Below are positions 49,462-61,897 of a stretch of 64,000 nucleotides of DNA, one piece after another. Numbering within the stretch: position 1 is the first letter of the stretch; every line of letters begins with the position of its first letter. The translations under genes and the position numbers were made by a program. Source of the DNA: Zootoca vivipara (Eukaryota); NCBI RefSeq assembly GCF_963506605.1, contig NC_083279.1:16368001-16432000 (forward strand), written 5' to 3'. Below the pieces are notes generated by a model. The model did not search any database and had not been told where the DNA came from. It saw only the letters and a list, made by a program, of their open reading frames with translations.

Positions 49462-51207
49462 TTTCAGAGTTTAAGGACAGATTCTATCCAGACAAAACAC
49501 TTGGGGTACAAATCAGGGGTAGTGATTGGTTTAGCCTAGGAAAAGTTCTGCGGGTCAGATGCAGAATCTTGGAGGGCCTCATTTGGCTGCTGGACTTGAG
49601 ACTCCCTCGTCCCCCTGATGTACATGGACTTGAGTTCCTTGAAGCCCCGGGCTCCTTTGGGAAGAAGGGTGGGTTACACAATTAGTAAACAAGCAATGAA
49701 ATAAAAATGGGATACATTATTATTCATGGGCATTTTTGTGCTTCCACCATCACACCTGTTATGCTTCAGCTCCCAGTCTGCCAATTCAATCCTGTTTAAT
49801 TTATCAGTAAAGGTTATCACAGGGAAGTTTTCCTCCCAATCAACAAGATACTGTTTGCACAGAGAGTGCAAACAACTCTATGAGATAATTCGCTCATGCA
49901 TATTCATCGCTTGATGACTGCAGCATCAAATGTTTGTGACTTGCATGTGTGAATGAGCCACCACAGATCGATCTTCGGAGTCAGTTCGCGCATTCAGCTG
50001 CACGACATCAAGCATTAAATAATTAGGTAATGAGAAATCAAGTGGTATACCTGCATGTGGGAAACTCCCTTATAATGCGATAATTGTAACCAACATGTGA
50101 TTTACATGTGTGATGTTTTATGTGGGGTGGGTGGAATAACAGGTGCTGGAATCCTATGCACACCTACCTGGAAGTGAGCCCCATTGAATTCAGTAAATAT
50201 TACTTCTGTGTAAATATGCATGTCAAAAAGCAGTTTGGCTGCTATTCTGAGCCATACCTAAGATTGATTAATTTCAGTGAGAGAAATGTGCAGTCTAACT
50301 CCTGGGTATATTTCCTCACAAGTGAAGCTGTGAACACACTCTGCATTTGGGACGTTAGTCACAATCTGTATCGTTCCTGTTAACTATCCTTAATTTCTTG
50401 TGAAAGGCTTCGTTTTGATGTGGTTTCCCCAATCTCGACCTGAATTGGGAAAAAGAATGACCTAACTGCATTTTAAGCCAATAATCTGTACACAGCCTAT
50501 GTCTGACAGCTTGGCTTGCCACCAACAAGGTGTGCAAAGGTTTGCAGCCTTCTGCACATTCAGGCTTCTCTCACTGAAATCAATGACATTTAAATACGTT
50601 TCTCTCTCGATTGGCTCATGCCCAGAATTCTGAAATCTGTAAAGGCTTCTACGAATGAGAATAAATAGGGGGAAAGGAGCTTCCTCCATCGCTACCTTTA
50701 GGTGACCTAGAAATGTAGCAATTTTCTTCTCGTTTGTTGCAGATGATGGTTAGAATGTAGGCATATCTTCTCCCTTCTCGTCATTATCTATAAGAAACAG
50801 TTATTTCTATATGAAATAAAAACAGACAGCTCCCTGTCCTGGAGGCTCACAGTCTAAAATGGGGAAAGTGAATGGAGAGACAAAGGGACACGGAAACAAA
50901 AACAAGATGCCATAAACATGAATATAAGTCCCTAATCAAATCCCCTCATTTATTCTCGGTCTGCCTTCTCCATCCAGGTGCCCTCCAGATGTTTCAACTG
51001 CAGCTCCCGTAAATCCAAAGCCTGCACAGTAAAAAACATCTGGAGAACACCAGGCTGGGGGCAGCTGACCGAGGTCTTTCTCTGTATTGAAAATTCACAA
51101 TTCATATCCTCAGATGTCTTACAAAGATGCAGCCAGAAGGGCTTAGCTGAAGTTAGCAAAGGAGAGCTTGTATCTCCCTTCAAAAAAGGTATGGGGGAAA
51201 GTTTAAG

Positions 51208-51310
51208 AGCATAAGAAAGAACCTGCTGGATCAGGCCAATGGCCCAGCTGGTCCAGCATCCTGTTCTCACAGTGGCCAACCAAATGCCTGTGGGAATTCC
51301 AGAAGCAGTC
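51208..51310 (-). mobile_element. Old CR1-type 3' tail fragment
   Basis: cataagaaagaacctgctggatcaggccaatggccca...ccagcatcctgttctcacagtggccaacca; a weaker relative at about 26240-26330. Confidence 0.6.
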
Positions 51311-52474
51311 CCATATTTCTCTAACAAAATGTCTCCACAGAACTAAATAAAAAAGCTGAGAACTGTCAGAAGGTGAATTTTAATAGACCAACCTGATTAT
51401 GTTACACAACTGCACCACCAAATCATTTGTGGCAAGTATGCAAAACATAGGAATGATAATTTGCCAGGTGCTGAAGAGAAACACAAAGCTGGAGATTTGT
51501 CAGGGTTTGAATACACGAAAATTATTCAGGAAAAATATTCAAGGGCATCATTCCTAAAGGATTGTTTTTCTCCATCGCTATTATTCTTTTGTAATAACAT
51601 TGTTTTCCTGCCTTCAGATTTCTCGCAGTCAGCCAATTCTTACAGTTCCGTGAAGGTGGAACAAGTTTGTTTCAGAAGTGGAGGAGGTGTCACAGACCAA
51701 TGTTTGTTTGATAAGCTCCAATTGCCTGCCTTGGCAAATGAGTATGAGTTGTGATGGACCCCTTCAACTAGGCCTGGATTAAAGCAGCAAAAGGTGAATC
51801 TATTACACAGGTGAATAGGATGTTCCATGCCAATAGATCAATAGGTGTCTGCCATAGTTATTGATTTTGTATTGTTTTTTAAATTAACCTACTGCTATTT
51901 TTAGCCATTTTTGAACTGTTTTTGTTTTATTTCGCACATTCCCTTCAGACATATGTGGAAGATGATTCACCGCCACCATCGTCAACAACAACACCCAATC
52001 AAGGGAAAGCGGCCAGCCAATGCAATCTCTATTCCCTTTTAAAAGAGGTGATATTGGGGACCTTCAAATGGGCAAGAACTCACATGGAACACCCAGTTTA
52101 TGAATAACATAATCTACACAATGGAAAATATGAGCATCTATACCCATAGAAATACTGGCAGCGCTCCCAGCTCATCAGAAGCGACACCTAGCTCTTGATT
52201 ATCAGTCACCTAGTGAAAAAAGGACAGGAAAGATAAGATAACAATATCTGTCCAACTCTACCCACTGTTGGATAAAACTAGGGAAGAGCTAGTTTTGCTC
52301 GACAAGTATTTTGCTTGACAACTTTTAACAACAACAACAACAAACAACAACAACAACAACGTATTAAAAAGTAATAATAGTATGGCAACATAGGGTGCTT
52401 CAAGAGTACTGCTTCTTTTGTTCAGCTCAAAAAAGGAGTCTGGGTAGGAGCACGTTTCTGGTAGGTGACCTAGA

Positions 52475-52537
52475 AGTGGTACACCGGAAGTGGTTTCTTG
52501 CTGAAGCCTGACAAGAAACCACTTCCGGTGTACCACT
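52475..52537. repeat. Perfect 26-bp inverted repeat with an 11-nt loop
   Basis: AGTGGTACACCGGAAGTGGTTTCTTG (52475-52500) / CAAGAAACCACTTCCGGTGTACCACT (52512-52537). Confidence 0.95.
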
Positions 52538-52557
52538 AAGCAGCCACCAGCTCTGAG

Positions 52558-52603
<46 letters not shown>

Positions 52604-53831
52604 ATAAGGCCTTCCTGTCCAACTCTTCCTTCTCTGTTGACATCACACACTCACCTGGTATACAGTGTGATATTAGCTGCACATCATAGTTAGGGCCAAG
52701 TAGAATTCTTTTGTCCTCTTATGCAGTTGGCTATCAGAGGAGAAAAAATCATCTACCTCATACAATAGAGTTGGGTAGCAGCTGTTAGTGGTGGGAGCTA
52801 AATAATTAGTGATTCCACAGACTTGTGCACAGAACTGGGAGGCCCGTGGTGCAAGGTATGGGTCACTTTTGAGGTTAACCTGTGACACTCATTCAATCAA
52901 TCAATCAATCACTGTTTATTACAGCTAACCATCAGCATATTAAACCAGAATTTCTGCATAATTCTCTACGTAAGCTATAAAAAACAATTTATACTGCATT
53001 TAACAATCAATATACTAATTGAATGTTCTTACAACACGTGTCCAGGGGAATAAAATGCCATAAAAGTTTAAAAGAACAAGAGATTTAACTAAGAACTGTA
53101 TTGTCAAATATCTGGGAAGTCAAATATCTGTCAAATATCTGGGAACTCATTTGGATTTGTGACGCTCCAAGGTGGCGTGAGTCAGGAAGACCTACCTCCT
53201 CACCTGAAGGGGTGTGACAGAGGGAAAGAGGTGGAATTTCTGTTACCTTTTTACCCCTGCTGAATAGGCTCACCCATTCACATCAGGTTTAGGATCCTGT
53301 TAGAGGATTTAATGTTCCCCGCAGATGGTCTCCTTTCCCTTATGCAGTTCAGAATTTCTCAAGCTGCAGTTAATAAAGTGGCCCTAGTTAAATCCAAAAG
53401 TTATGTGTTGCCTCTTTATTTCCAGTCTCACAATGAAATGTCACTATTTTCAGGTGGGATTCGATCACATATTGGCAGATTCAGGCTGTGTAATTAAAGC
53501 TGATTTGACTGTCTCAAATGTGTTTGCCCCCCCAAACGAGAAAATGATCAGAGAAAGCAGTTGAAAGTGCGGGGCAGCGTCTGCTTGCTGCAAGGCAAAC
53601 TAGCCTGCCTCCAAATGGATGGATAGACCCAGCCAGCCACCTCTACTTGGAGTGCCCAAGAAGCAGCTGACATTGTCTAACCTCCCCCTGAACTTTGTGG
53701 AAACAAATCAGGATGAGTGCTCAATAAATAGGTCATCTGGAATTGATTTTAGTTAATCTAATCTAGTCTTGTCTAAAATGTTTTATATCATCATCACCAC
53801 CATTTATTGTACCCCACCCATCCAACAAAAT

Positions 53832-53978
53832 ATAGAATCAAAGAATCATAGAGTTGGAAGGGACCCCAAGGGACGTTTAGGTCAACCTCCTGAAATGCAG
53901 GAATCCTTTGCCCAACAAGGGGCTTGAACCAATGAACCTGAGACTAAGAGCCTCATCCTCTACCAGCTGAGCTATCCC
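53832..53978 (-). mobile_element. tRNA-Lys-derived SINE with CR1 tail
   Basis: Reverse complement gatagctcagctggtagaggatgaggctcttagtctcaggttc head plus CR1 tail. Confidence 0.75.
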
Positions 53979-54637
53979 AACTCCTGGGAGAAGCTAACAA
54001 AGGAACACACCAAAGCACCAAATATTAAAACATCAAATGCACAAACATCCCAGTGTTGTCTAGTGTGTTGTATCCTACATCATCCAATGAAAAAAGATTC
54101 AGGGTACAAATGTGTTCGATCAGAGGCAAATTGTTAAAATACTTGTACACTCTCTCTCTCTCCCTATAAATAAGGTAAAGTTAGCATTGAACTGCGTAGG
54201 AAATATATACCATAAATCCAGGTAACAATGAAGTTTGGATAACTAAAGAGTTTTATTGCAAATAATCTGGAATTTATAATTTATCATCAGACTCTTGATA
54301 CTTTGACATCTGCCCTTATCTGCTAGCTCTTTTAGCATTTGTCACGCTCCTCTGTAAATGTAGGCATATTAGACTGATGTCAAAATGGGTGACCTATTTC
54401 ACAGTTAATCGTGAGCTGACATCCTACAAACTGACACTCCAGGTGGCATTTAGGTATACTGTACACCTACCAGTTTGCAATAATTGACTTCTGATGTGAG
54501 AATCCTCATTAGTCATATGCATGTGTTTGTATATGGCACATACAGAAAGGTATTGCTGGAACCTGCAAATGATAATCTGGCTTGCTCAGGAACACATACA
54601 ATGGTCCATTTTTGATGTTGGATTGGTTGGTAACAAC

Positions 54638-54775
54638 CAGTGCTATTTTTCTAGAAAAAAGGGGTGCCAGAACTTATCACAAACACCTTCCTCATTCTCT
54701 TGGAATGGCAATGACACCCACCTGAGAGGAGCCGGAACTGAGTTCCAGTGAGTTCCAGCTGGAAAAAAAGCCCTG
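54638..54775. mobile_element. hAT MITE
   Basis: TIRs CAGTGCTATTTTTC / GAAAAAAAGCCCTG; degenerate 8-bp TSD GTAACAAC/ACAACAAC. Confidence 0.75.
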
Positions 54776-55378
54776 ACAACAACATCAGAGTAAAGACTGA
54801 AGACATTGTAGATATATTGAACTAAGCAGGGCCTGCTCCATAATATCCCCTGGGCCGCTTCCTTGACTGGTGGGCTTACATGATCACGGTGAGAACACTC
54901 CAAGTAGAGGCGGTTGGTTGGGTCTAGCCTCCCTTTTCATTCTTCTCAATGTTCCAGAGAGAAGCTAGATCAGATACATTGCCTTCACGGGCCATAATGA
55001 AGATACCTGACCCACCAATTCCTCAACTGTATCTAGAACAGCTCATAACCTAACCCTATACCTGTGGGAATAATAAGCAGGATGAAAACAGCGGCTGAAG
55101 CTTCCAATGGTTGCTCACCTTGGCTTAAAGGCTTCATATGCATCTATGTCTTTCATCGCTGGCCCACATAGAATTGGAACCAAGGGGATCACTGGCCACT
55201 CCATCCTATTCCTGCTGGCCAGCATTCAAGCCAAATAAGTCTCCCAGCCCCAAAGGATCCACCCCTTGCTGCTTGGTAGGCTGGACCCATGTACATGATA
55301 GGGACCAGCCAAAGATGCTCCCAAGGAGATTCAGTCTAGCTAAGTGGCAGCAGGGCAGGAAGATATTGGCCCCTGAGG

Positions 55379-56612
55379 GAGGTTCCAGTTTCCGCCTGCA
55401 GGAATGGCGGACCTGTTTTCCATCTCTCTGACCTTCGTGAGGAATTTGGCGGTTGCTAGGGGAGTAAATGGCAACCCCCTACCCTCTCCGGGGGTTACGG
55501 AGAGGGGCCGCTGGCCCGCGATGCCCCCAGACCCACTCCGACTGTTTTTGGAGTGGGGGGAGCTTGGGCTGAGCACTTACGAGGGCCAGGACTCCCGGAC
55601 GCTAATCTGCATGGCGGGGATTTCCATGGTTAAAGAAGATAATTAGGCTTAAATCTATGGACATACTTCAGAAGGAGGGGAAGAAGCGCTGTTTACTGCT
55701 GAGAAATTTATGCTGCTGAGGGAGAGGAGTCAAAGACTGTACTGCATCTGGAAGAAGGATTGATGGGGACGGAGCGATAAGGGAAGTGAGTTTTTATTTT
55801 TTCTTCATATATGTTGCCTCGTACCTTCCCGGACGCGATGTCCTGGCTTGTTTGGAGTGAAAGAGAAGCAAAAGACTGTGTGAGTTGAACTTTATAACTG
55901 TTGTTACTGAGCATATTTTTTAAAGATGTGGAGTTGCCGATGAGAAAAGCCCCCCCCCCCTAGTCGGACGGAAGGAGTTCTGGACGCGTTCGGAGGATTT
56001 ATGAGCTGTGACGCACTTTAAATTGGAGCAGCGACCTGAAGCTAAGTTCAGCTATAGGGCAAGGAGATCCATTAATTTACCAAGAGTTTATGGTTTGATG
56101 TTTGGGTCTCCTGCCTGGAAAAGCTGTAAATTCTATAAAGATCGTAAATCTTCATGGCTATGAGAGAAAACGAAAGTGATTTGAGCTTTTTAAGATGGCG
56201 CTGCTTCGAGCTGCTTCGACGCAACAGGGAGCTCCACTAAGAAGATTTATGGGGAGGCTGGACTGATTAACTCACACAGGAGAAAGAACATCTGTGAAAC
56301 TTTGTTTGATATTTATCTCAGCAGCTGGGAAACAATCGGATGAAAGTGGAAACATCTATGTGACTGTAAGGGGAAGATCTGGATTATTATGAACTTGGAG
56401 GACGATTTGAACTTTAGAAAAAAGACGGCAGTGGACGGTTGCGAGGAATTCCCAATTTCTTGAAGCATGGGAACCCAAATAAAAAATTCTTTAGATGATT
56501 TGGCATAACATTCGGTTTGATTGATATATATATGTGTATAATTTGAAATATTGAATGTGATATAATTGGTTTTAATTGGAAAATTAATAAAAAATATTTT
56601 TTTTTAAAAAAA
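55379..56612 (+). mobile_element. Non-autonomous, non-coding L1-type retroposon (~1.23 kb)
   Basis: 22-bp TSD AGGAAGATATTGGCCCCTGAGG (55357-55378 and 56613-56634); GC/CpG-rich 5' end gaggttccagtttccgcctgcaggaatggcggac; 3' AATAAA plus A tail; no long ORF. Confidence 0.8.
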
Positions 56613-57668
56613 AGGAAGATATTGGCCCCTGAGGAACAGCTGAAGGAACAATACCATGGGGAATTTAATGTGTGGCTAGATCCAGAGTGAAAGGAAGCAG
56701 CTGCTTAATATGCAAAGTGATGATGCCATTACAGGAGCTACAGCTTTATTATTATTATTTTCTGATGATCACAAGCATTCTGGGAAGTAACTGGAAGTTA
56801 CTTTGAAGCTAATGTAGCTAGCGATAGGGGTGTCTTGGGTTTTTAATCCATTCATGCCTACTTCACTGTTTTGTTGCATGCTTTCCACCCACCCAAAATG
56901 CTTTCATTCCCACTGTGGTTTTTTTGAACTCATTCCTAAGCAACGAAGCAGCATTGGATAGTTAGTTCTAGTTAACTTTAATAAGAATTGGGTGCTCAAG
57001 TGCCTCAGGCAGCATTTACAAGCCTCCCACTTTCTATCTACGTCTGACATCTGACGAACCGTAATACGAGAGCACACACACAAATCTGCCTCGCTGCTGG
57101 TAACAATTTCCTCGGCATTTATCACTTTAATATTCAAGTTCAACAACCTGGCAAGTCTAGGGTTGCGCTGTTAGAAAGATGCACTCATCTGGAAAAGTAG
57201 TGCACAGCCCCGAATGAATACAATACAATGTTGTCAGTCACCTCTTTGGAGGGAACAAGGAGAGGGGAGGAGAGGAGTGAATTTAGATCTCCCTTCCTAA
57301 CAGATGATTAAAAGTGCTGGATACAATGTGTCCAGGATCAGGAATTTTAGCACCGAAAGATGTACAATCAGTACCACAGACCCTCCAAGTGTCCCTATTT
57401 TCCAGGGACAGTCCCGTATTTACAGAAGCCATTCTGGTTTCTGTCATTCCAGAATGTCCCCCCTTTTCCTTAGGATGTTCCTATTTTCATCAGAAAAATG
57501 TTGGAGGGTATGGTAGATGTCCCAATTTTCATTGGAGGGTATGGAGTTATGCGACCCCCAATTCAAGGAGATAAGTAACTATACCACCTTTAGAAGAAAT
57601 CTGAAGGCAGCCCTGTATAGGGAAGTTTTTTAATGTTTTATGTTTTATTCTGTTTTATATATGTTGGA

Positions 57669-58008
57669 GTGGGATGCGGGTGGTGCTGTGGGTTAAACCT
57701 AGGGCTTGCCGATCAGAAGGTCAGCGGTTCGAATCCCCGCAACAGGGTGAGCTTCTGTTGCTCGGTCCTTGCTCCTGCCAACCTAGCAGTTCGAAAGCAC
57801 ATAAAAGTGCAAGCAGATAAATAGGTACTGCTACAGTTGAAAGGTAAATGGCATTTCCGTGTGCTGCTCTGGTTCGCCAAAAGTGGCTTTGTCATGCGGG
57901 CCACATGACCTGGAAGCTGTATGCCAGCTCCCTCAACCAATAACGCGAGATGAGCGCCGCAACCCCAGTCGGTCACGACTGGACCTAATGGTCAGGGGTC
58001 CCTTTACC
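57669..58008 (+). mobile_element. Sauria SINE
   Basis: Homologous to 6581-6937; 15-bp TSD TTTATATATGTTGGA, with the right copy split by a MITE. Confidence 0.9.
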
Positions 58009-58016
58009 TTTATATA

Positions 58017-58265
58017 CAGTGGTACCTCGACTTACGAAGGCGATCCGTTCCACGGTGCTCTTCATAAGTCGAAACCTTCAGATGCCGAAGCGTCCATTTT
58101 GCACATGCGTGAAGCGCGATTTTGTGCTTCTGCGTATGCGCTGACTGCGCGCGCTGCTTCTGCACAGGCGCAGAACATGCGCATGGCGTAAAGACTTCCG
58201 GGTTTCCTGACTTCGGAAGTCGAAACCTTCGGAAGTCGAGGCATTCAGATATTGAGGTACCACTG
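58017..58265. mobile_element. Tc1/mariner MITE
   Basis: TA|CAGTGGTACCTCGA ... TTGAGGTACCACTG|TA. Confidence 0.88.
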
Positions 58266-58384
58266 TATGTTGGAAGCTGTCTAGAGTGGCAGGGGCAACC
58301 GATTATTATGGAATAGGACATCTCTATTTTCATCAGAGAAATGTTGGAGGATATGGTACCGTTCTGTCTGTCTGTTTCTTAGGC

Positions 58385-58878
58385 CACATTTACACCATAT
58401 TTGAAGCACTGTGATAACACTTTAAACAGTTGTGGCTTCCCCCAAATAATTCTGGGAACTGTAGTTTGTTAAGGGTGCAGAGAGTTGTTAGGAGATCTTT
58501 ATTCCCTTCAGAAACCTACCATTGCCAGAGTTTCCTGTGAAGAGGGGTTGACTGCTAAACCATTCTGAGAATTGTAGCTCTGTCAGGTGACTAGACGGTC
58601 TTCTAACAACTCTCAGCACCCTTAACAAACCACAGCTGCCAGAATTCTTGGGGGGAAACCACAACTGTGATCAGGGCCAGCCCTACGGCCAGGCTGGGTG
58701 GTGCAGGGCATCCGGGCAGCCGCCCGCCAGAGGGGCGCTGCACAGCTGCACCCACCCGCCCGCTGCAGAAACGGGGCAGGGGCGCCGGAGGGATCCATCG
58801 CACCCCGGCGCCAGGGCGCCAAATATACTTAAGACGGCCCTGGCTGTGATATCACAGTGCTTCAAATATATGGTGTGA
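58385..58878. mobile_element. Long-TIR palindromic MITE interrupted by a hAT MITE
   Basis: acaccatatttgaagcactgtgata...ctgtagtttgttaagggtgcagagagttgttag is mirrored by ctaacaactctcagcacccttaacaaaccacag...atcacagtgcttcaaatatatggtgt. Confidence 0.75.
58672..58842. mobile_element. GC-rich hAT MITE (shorter relative of 33029-33373)
   Basis: CAGGGCC...AAGACGGCCCTG; TSD ACTGTGAT/GCTGTGAT. Confidence 0.85.
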
Positions 58879-59422
58879 TTTTGGTTTGAATTATTTTGGT
58901 TTCAGAGTTTCCATTGTGCCAGTGTATTAAGATCAAAAGCAGTTTTGCAAGGAAGGAAAATAACCATTTTGAATCTGAGTGGTTGATATTTTCTAGGATA
59001 TTCAGCTACCGTATGTCCTCTTTGGTTGGTATTTGTCATTAGAAACTCATTTCTTTTTTAAAAAAAACTTCATTGATATCATTCAACACAAATTAATTCA
59101 TGCCAACATCCGGTGCCTGGGAAAGATATTGGGGTCACTGATCCAAGTTCTGCTGTTCATATACTGTAGAGCAACTAGAGCTATGTGCATAGAGTCATTT
59201 TCAAGGTGCAGCAATGCACCTAAGGGAAGAGTTGAGAGAGGGAAGTCATCTTCCTACTCTTATCCCTGCCAAACAAACAAAAAAAGCTGATAGGCACAGC
59301 TATTGCTTTTTGAGAAAAGCTGTCATGTGGATCAGGAAGAGGGACAACTCACACAATTTGCACACATCATTCCTAATCTGGTTAAGAATACATGTGCAAA
59401 AGATTTCTGCAAAGCCAGACTT

Positions 59423-59786
59423 AGGGTGGTGCTGTGTCAAAACCACTGAGCCCCTTGGGCTTGCCAATCAGAAGGTTGGCAGTTTGAATCCCCACGATGG
59501 GGTGAGTGCCTGTTACTCTGTCCCAGCTCCTGCCAACCTAGCAGAGTGAAACCATGCCTGTGCAAGTAGATAAATAGGTACCACTGCGGTGGTGTTTCCG
59601 TGTGCTCTGGCTTCCGTCACGGTGTTCCATTGCGGCAGAAGCAGTTTAGTCATGCTGGTCACATGACCCAGAAAGCTGTCTGTGGACAAACGCTGGATCC
59701 TTCAGCCTGAAAGCGAGTTGAGCGCCGCAACCCCATAGTCGCCTTTGACTGGACTTAACCATCCAGGGTTCCTTAGCCACCTTTTT
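59423..59786 (+). mobile_element. Sauria SINE (older or different subfamily)
   Basis: gggtggtgctgtgtcaaaaccactgagcc...gcaagtagataaataggtacc...gactggacttaaccatccaggg. Confidence 0.85.
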
Positions 59787-60643
59787 AGGGTGGCTAACAC
59801 CCTTCTAAATGCCTCCCCCAAAGCAGCAGGCAATGTGGACCCAGCTTAACCTCAATACAACAATGTATGCCTCTAGATGGCACTGGTGCCAACTACAGGG
59901 AGCCCTGGGGGTTGTGGGTGACTTCCGAGGCTCCCAGGTGCTGCTGGGCACCCGTAGTCTGGGGCCCAAGTCAGCATCCCTACTAGATGGTGATGTGTAC
60001 CTGATATATGTACTTGCAGCTGATTCGAGTGTGTCTGCTCAATGTGCCAACTGTGTTGACATCCACTGAATTAGTGGAAGTTTGTCTCCCCACACAGATC
60101 TCTAGTTAAGGTGCCACCTTCCGCTGCTCTTTTTTGGACAGGGAAACTTCCACTTAATGTGCTCATGTTCCAGGAGTGTTTTTTTGTTTAGCTAGAGCTT
60201 CATTATTTCTGACTTGCATCCGTGCATCTGTGAATACTTGTCCGCCTCATTTATTTTCAGAGAGTTCAGCATTTTGAAAGTAATCAATATTGCCATTATT
60301 AGCAAGTCCCTGTGAAGTCCACACAGATCTGAATGGAAATTCACAACACCACCTTGAAACCTCAGAAAGGAGAAGAGCTCCTGGGTCTTCCCTGTAGCCG
60401 TGATGAAGAAGGAATCCCCAAAATGCATGAAACAATCATGATCTATGTAAGCCAAATCTGAGCATGTTCATGCCAATTCCTCAAATTCATCCAATATAAA
60501 ATATCAGGCAATCAATACTGTAGGTTAATAAACTAGATTTGGCCTCTTGCCAGCAAGCCCAACCCTCCAGCTCTTGACTGAGCTGTTGTTGTGTCTTGTG
60601 ATATCACAGGATATTCACAACACATCCAAGAAGGGTTAGCTGC

Positions 60644-60664
60644 TTGTTGTTGTTGTTGTTGTTG

Positions 60665-60702
<38 letters not shown>

Positions 60703-60920
60703 AACATTTGCATACCACCCTATACCCACAGGTCTCGGGGTGATGCATAACATGAAATCACAATATAAAAATACAAAATAGTAAAAACAAGAACAACCCA
60801 ATAATTCCCTCGCTCCCCAACACATTTTTAAAAGGGCAATTGATGTCAATTAGTCCCAGGCCTGGTTAAAGAGGAACATTTTTGCCTGGTGCCTAAAGGT
60901 GCCAGCCAAACCAACCTGGG
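60644..60920 (-). mobile_element. Compound (TTG)n(CTG)n microsatellite tail plus old LINE (L2-like) 3' fragment
   Basis: (TTG)n 60644-60673, (CTG)n 60674-60700, followed by a tataccc...gcctggttaaagagg LINE-like tail. Confidence 0.5.
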
Positions 60921-61184
60921 GGTTAGCTATATAAACTTACAGATAGTGCAGCTTCCACATGCCACTGGTAGTTGGATCAGGGACAAATGTGAGCAGGACA
61001 TTGCAGGCATGCCAGAGTCAGAGATTTGTACACAGACACCCCAACTCTCCATCAGGCAACTCTCCATCAGTTCAACAACACTTTCAATGCAGTCAGTAGC
61101 ATTTGAGCAGGGCAACTGAGGGACGTGTTTCTGGCAAATGGGTGTGGCATGAGAAAGAGACACAAGGGCCAGTTAGAAATGATG

Positions 61185-61228
<44 letters not shown>

Positions 61229-61493
61229 TCATCTGGCTGGGTTACCCCAGCCACTCTAGGCAGCTTCCAACGTATATAAAAACACAGGGCTGCCTTCAGA
61301 TGTCCTCTAAAGGTTATATAGTTGACTTCTGATGGGAGGGAGTTCCATAGGGTGGGCACCACTACCGAGAAGGCCCCCTGCTTGATTCCCTGTATCTTCA
61401 CTTCTCACAGCGAGGGAACTGTCAGAAGGGCCCCAGTGCTGGATATTAGTGTCTGGGCTGAACTATGGGGGTGGAGATGCTCCTTCAGGTATA
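61185..61493 (-). mobile_element. L2 LINE 3' fragment
   Basis: GAFSVVVPTLWNSLP...TFRGHLKAAL; (AAT)n tail. Confidence 0.85.
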
Positions 61494-61897
61494 CAGGAAT
61501 GCCGGGGAAATCACTGAAATGCCTGGGAAAATCTGGAAGCATGGCAGCCCATCTCGGAGGTGTAGATTTGGGTGAATTTCCTTAAAAATAGCTCAAAAAC
61601 TCATTTTTTTTAACTTTTTGCAAATAAAGCTCAACAACTAAAAACCCACATTTGTGTCTGGATTTTAACTTTTCGAAATATTTCAACCCTACTGGAGGGC
61701 CACATTTGGTCCACTGGGCATGAGGATTCTCACCCTTGGTGTAAGAGAAGGCCAGTGAGAAAGTTTTCGACACACTGAGGTGATGCTATCACAACCTGCC
61801 TTGGGTGTTTGATATTGGGAAGAGTTAAGTAAGTGAGGTCAGGAAGGCCAAGGAAATACCGTGTGGGTGGGTCTGAATTTCACACACAGCTGTTAAA

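Larger units (their letters stand above)
57377..58355. mobile_element. Composite hAT-like element carrying an L2 3' fragment; host to a Sauria SINE and a Tc1 MITE
   Basis: Ends CAGACCCTCCAA / TTGGAGGATATG, flanked by gtacca/gtaccg; internal repeats ctattttcatcagaaaaatgttggagggtatgg; L2 segment at about 57585-57668 resuming at 58268-58300. Confidence 0.65.

Noticed and set aside
60644-60700. PolyQ/polyS coding repeat
   Set aside because: No supported exon; it is positioned as the tail of an old LINE fragment.
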